Below are positions 32,411-32,868 of a DNA stretch of 32,868 bases, in pieces. Both the position numbers and the translations under genes were made by a program. The DNA is taken from IMG/VR virus record IMGVR_UViG_3300045988_034103; one strand, 5' to 3'. Source of the stretch: a virus. The notes under the pieces were generated by a model. That model was not told the origin of the DNA. It searched no databases and worked only from the letters and a program-made list of their open reading frames with translations. The stretch's first letter is position 1; every line of letters starts with the position of its first letter.

Positions 32411-32440
32411 GCCGCCGACGTTTTCGCAGAACGTCGGCGG
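32411..32440 (+). terminator. Rho-independent terminator ending the early operon
   Basis: GCCGCCGACGT (32411-21), loop, ACGTCGGCGG (32431-40). Preceded by an A-run, followed by T-containing sequence. Confidence 0.7.
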
Positions 32441-32591
32441 TGCTTGCCTCGGAAAAGACAAGGTTACTCATACCTTATATATAATATCACGTTCCGGGGC
32501 GATATGCAAGCGAAAAGCGGCGGGAAACCGCTATTTTCGGGCTTGTATGGGATAGTAACTTAACGACCACAGAGCCGCCGGAGGTAAAGGC

Positions 32592-32868
32592 ATGAAAACA
32601 ATCTATCGGGAAAAGCGCTACTACTGCGGGGAGTACCTCGACGTATATATTTTTCCTACATACCGGCAATCGAACGGACGGCGCAGCCGGAGCAAGCCGA
32701 CAACCGCCGCGCAGAAGAAATTAAATCAGCGCCACAGGGAAGAAAAACTTGTCAGACTGCTTCACGCGAACTTCACGCCGGATGATCTTGAAATTCACCT
32801 GACATATACCGTTCAGCCGGAAAGCGAAGAAGAAGCCGCCCGGAATGCCCGCAATTACATACGCCGCA
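32592..32868 (+). CDS. HUH rolling-circle Rep, N-terminal part (runs off the window end; continues at base 128 after removing the 127-bp overlap)
   Basis: RBS ggagg. MKTIYREKRYYCGEYLDVYIFPTYRQ... In frame with 1-633 (32742-32592 = 150). Confidence 0.8.
   Translation, partial: MKTIYREKRYYCGEYLDVYIFPTYRQSNGRRSRSKPTTAAQKKLNQRHREEKLVRLLHANFTPDDLEIHLTYTVQPESEEEAARNARNYIRR
32742..32868. repeat. Terminal direct repeat, copy 2 (identical to 1-127)
   Basis: See copy 1. Confidence 0.95.

Larger units (their letters stand above)
1..32868 (+). mobile_element. Complete circularly closed tailed-phage genome (siphovirus-type, HK97-like head module), unit length about 32,741 bp
   Basis: Full packaging, head, tail, lysis and early gene set. 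The window ends repeat each other (1-127 = 32742-32868) and the Rep ORF is continuous across the junction. Confidence 0.85.

Noticed and set aside
1-32868. tRNA, rRNA, tmRNA genes and attL/attR-type flanking repeats
   Set aside because: No cloverleaf-like or rRNA-like sequence was noticed. The only end repeat is the 127-bp overlap inside rep, which indicates circular closure rather than integration sites.

Overview
The window is a complete, circularly closed tailed-phage genome of about 32,741 bp. Bases 1-127 are identical to 32742-32868, and an HUH rolling-circle Rep gene reads through that junction. All convincing genes but one are on the + strand. In order they are: Rep, a MazG-like NTP pyrophosphohydrolase and a sigma-r4/ArpU-like late regulator; then HNH, TerS, TerL, an HK97-type portal, protease and major capsid, neck proteins, major tail, a G/GT chaperone pair with a -1 frameshift, tape measure, Dit, Tal and fibres. 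Next comes a diversity-generating retroelement (DGR) arranged as fibre target with VR1, avd, TR, RT. A lysis cassette follows, then an accessory island: a minus-strand HIRAN-like membrane protein, an XRE regulator, HicAB and an IS30-family transposase. The last block is an early/DNA-modification region with a PAPS-reductase-like gene, an N6-adenine methyltransferase, a SleB-like hydrolase, a radical SAM gene and small Cys-rich ORFs. The main result is the DGR. One 133-bp template repeat matches two variable regions, and every mismatch falls at a template adenine. VR1 lies in the adjacent 416-aa tail-fibre gene. VR2 lies about 12.2 kb away in a 212-aa ORF inside the early region. Both VRs are followed by the same 14-mer and by hairpins with different stems but the same TCAAT loop. 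No tyrosine or serine integrase is visible. Rep, HicAB and the IS30-type DDE transposase are the only candidate replication, maintenance and recombination functions. At least 12 single-base indels, mostly in short homopolymers, break conserved genes (TerL, portal, capsid, gp10-like, PAPS reductase, methyltransferase, a lysis-region gene). This looks more like sequencing or assembly error than biology, but it needs checking. Shine-Dalgarno sites of AGGAGG type and the SleB and amidase_2 genes suggest a Firmicutes/Clostridia host; that is inference only. All coordinates and mismatch counts come from manual reading.
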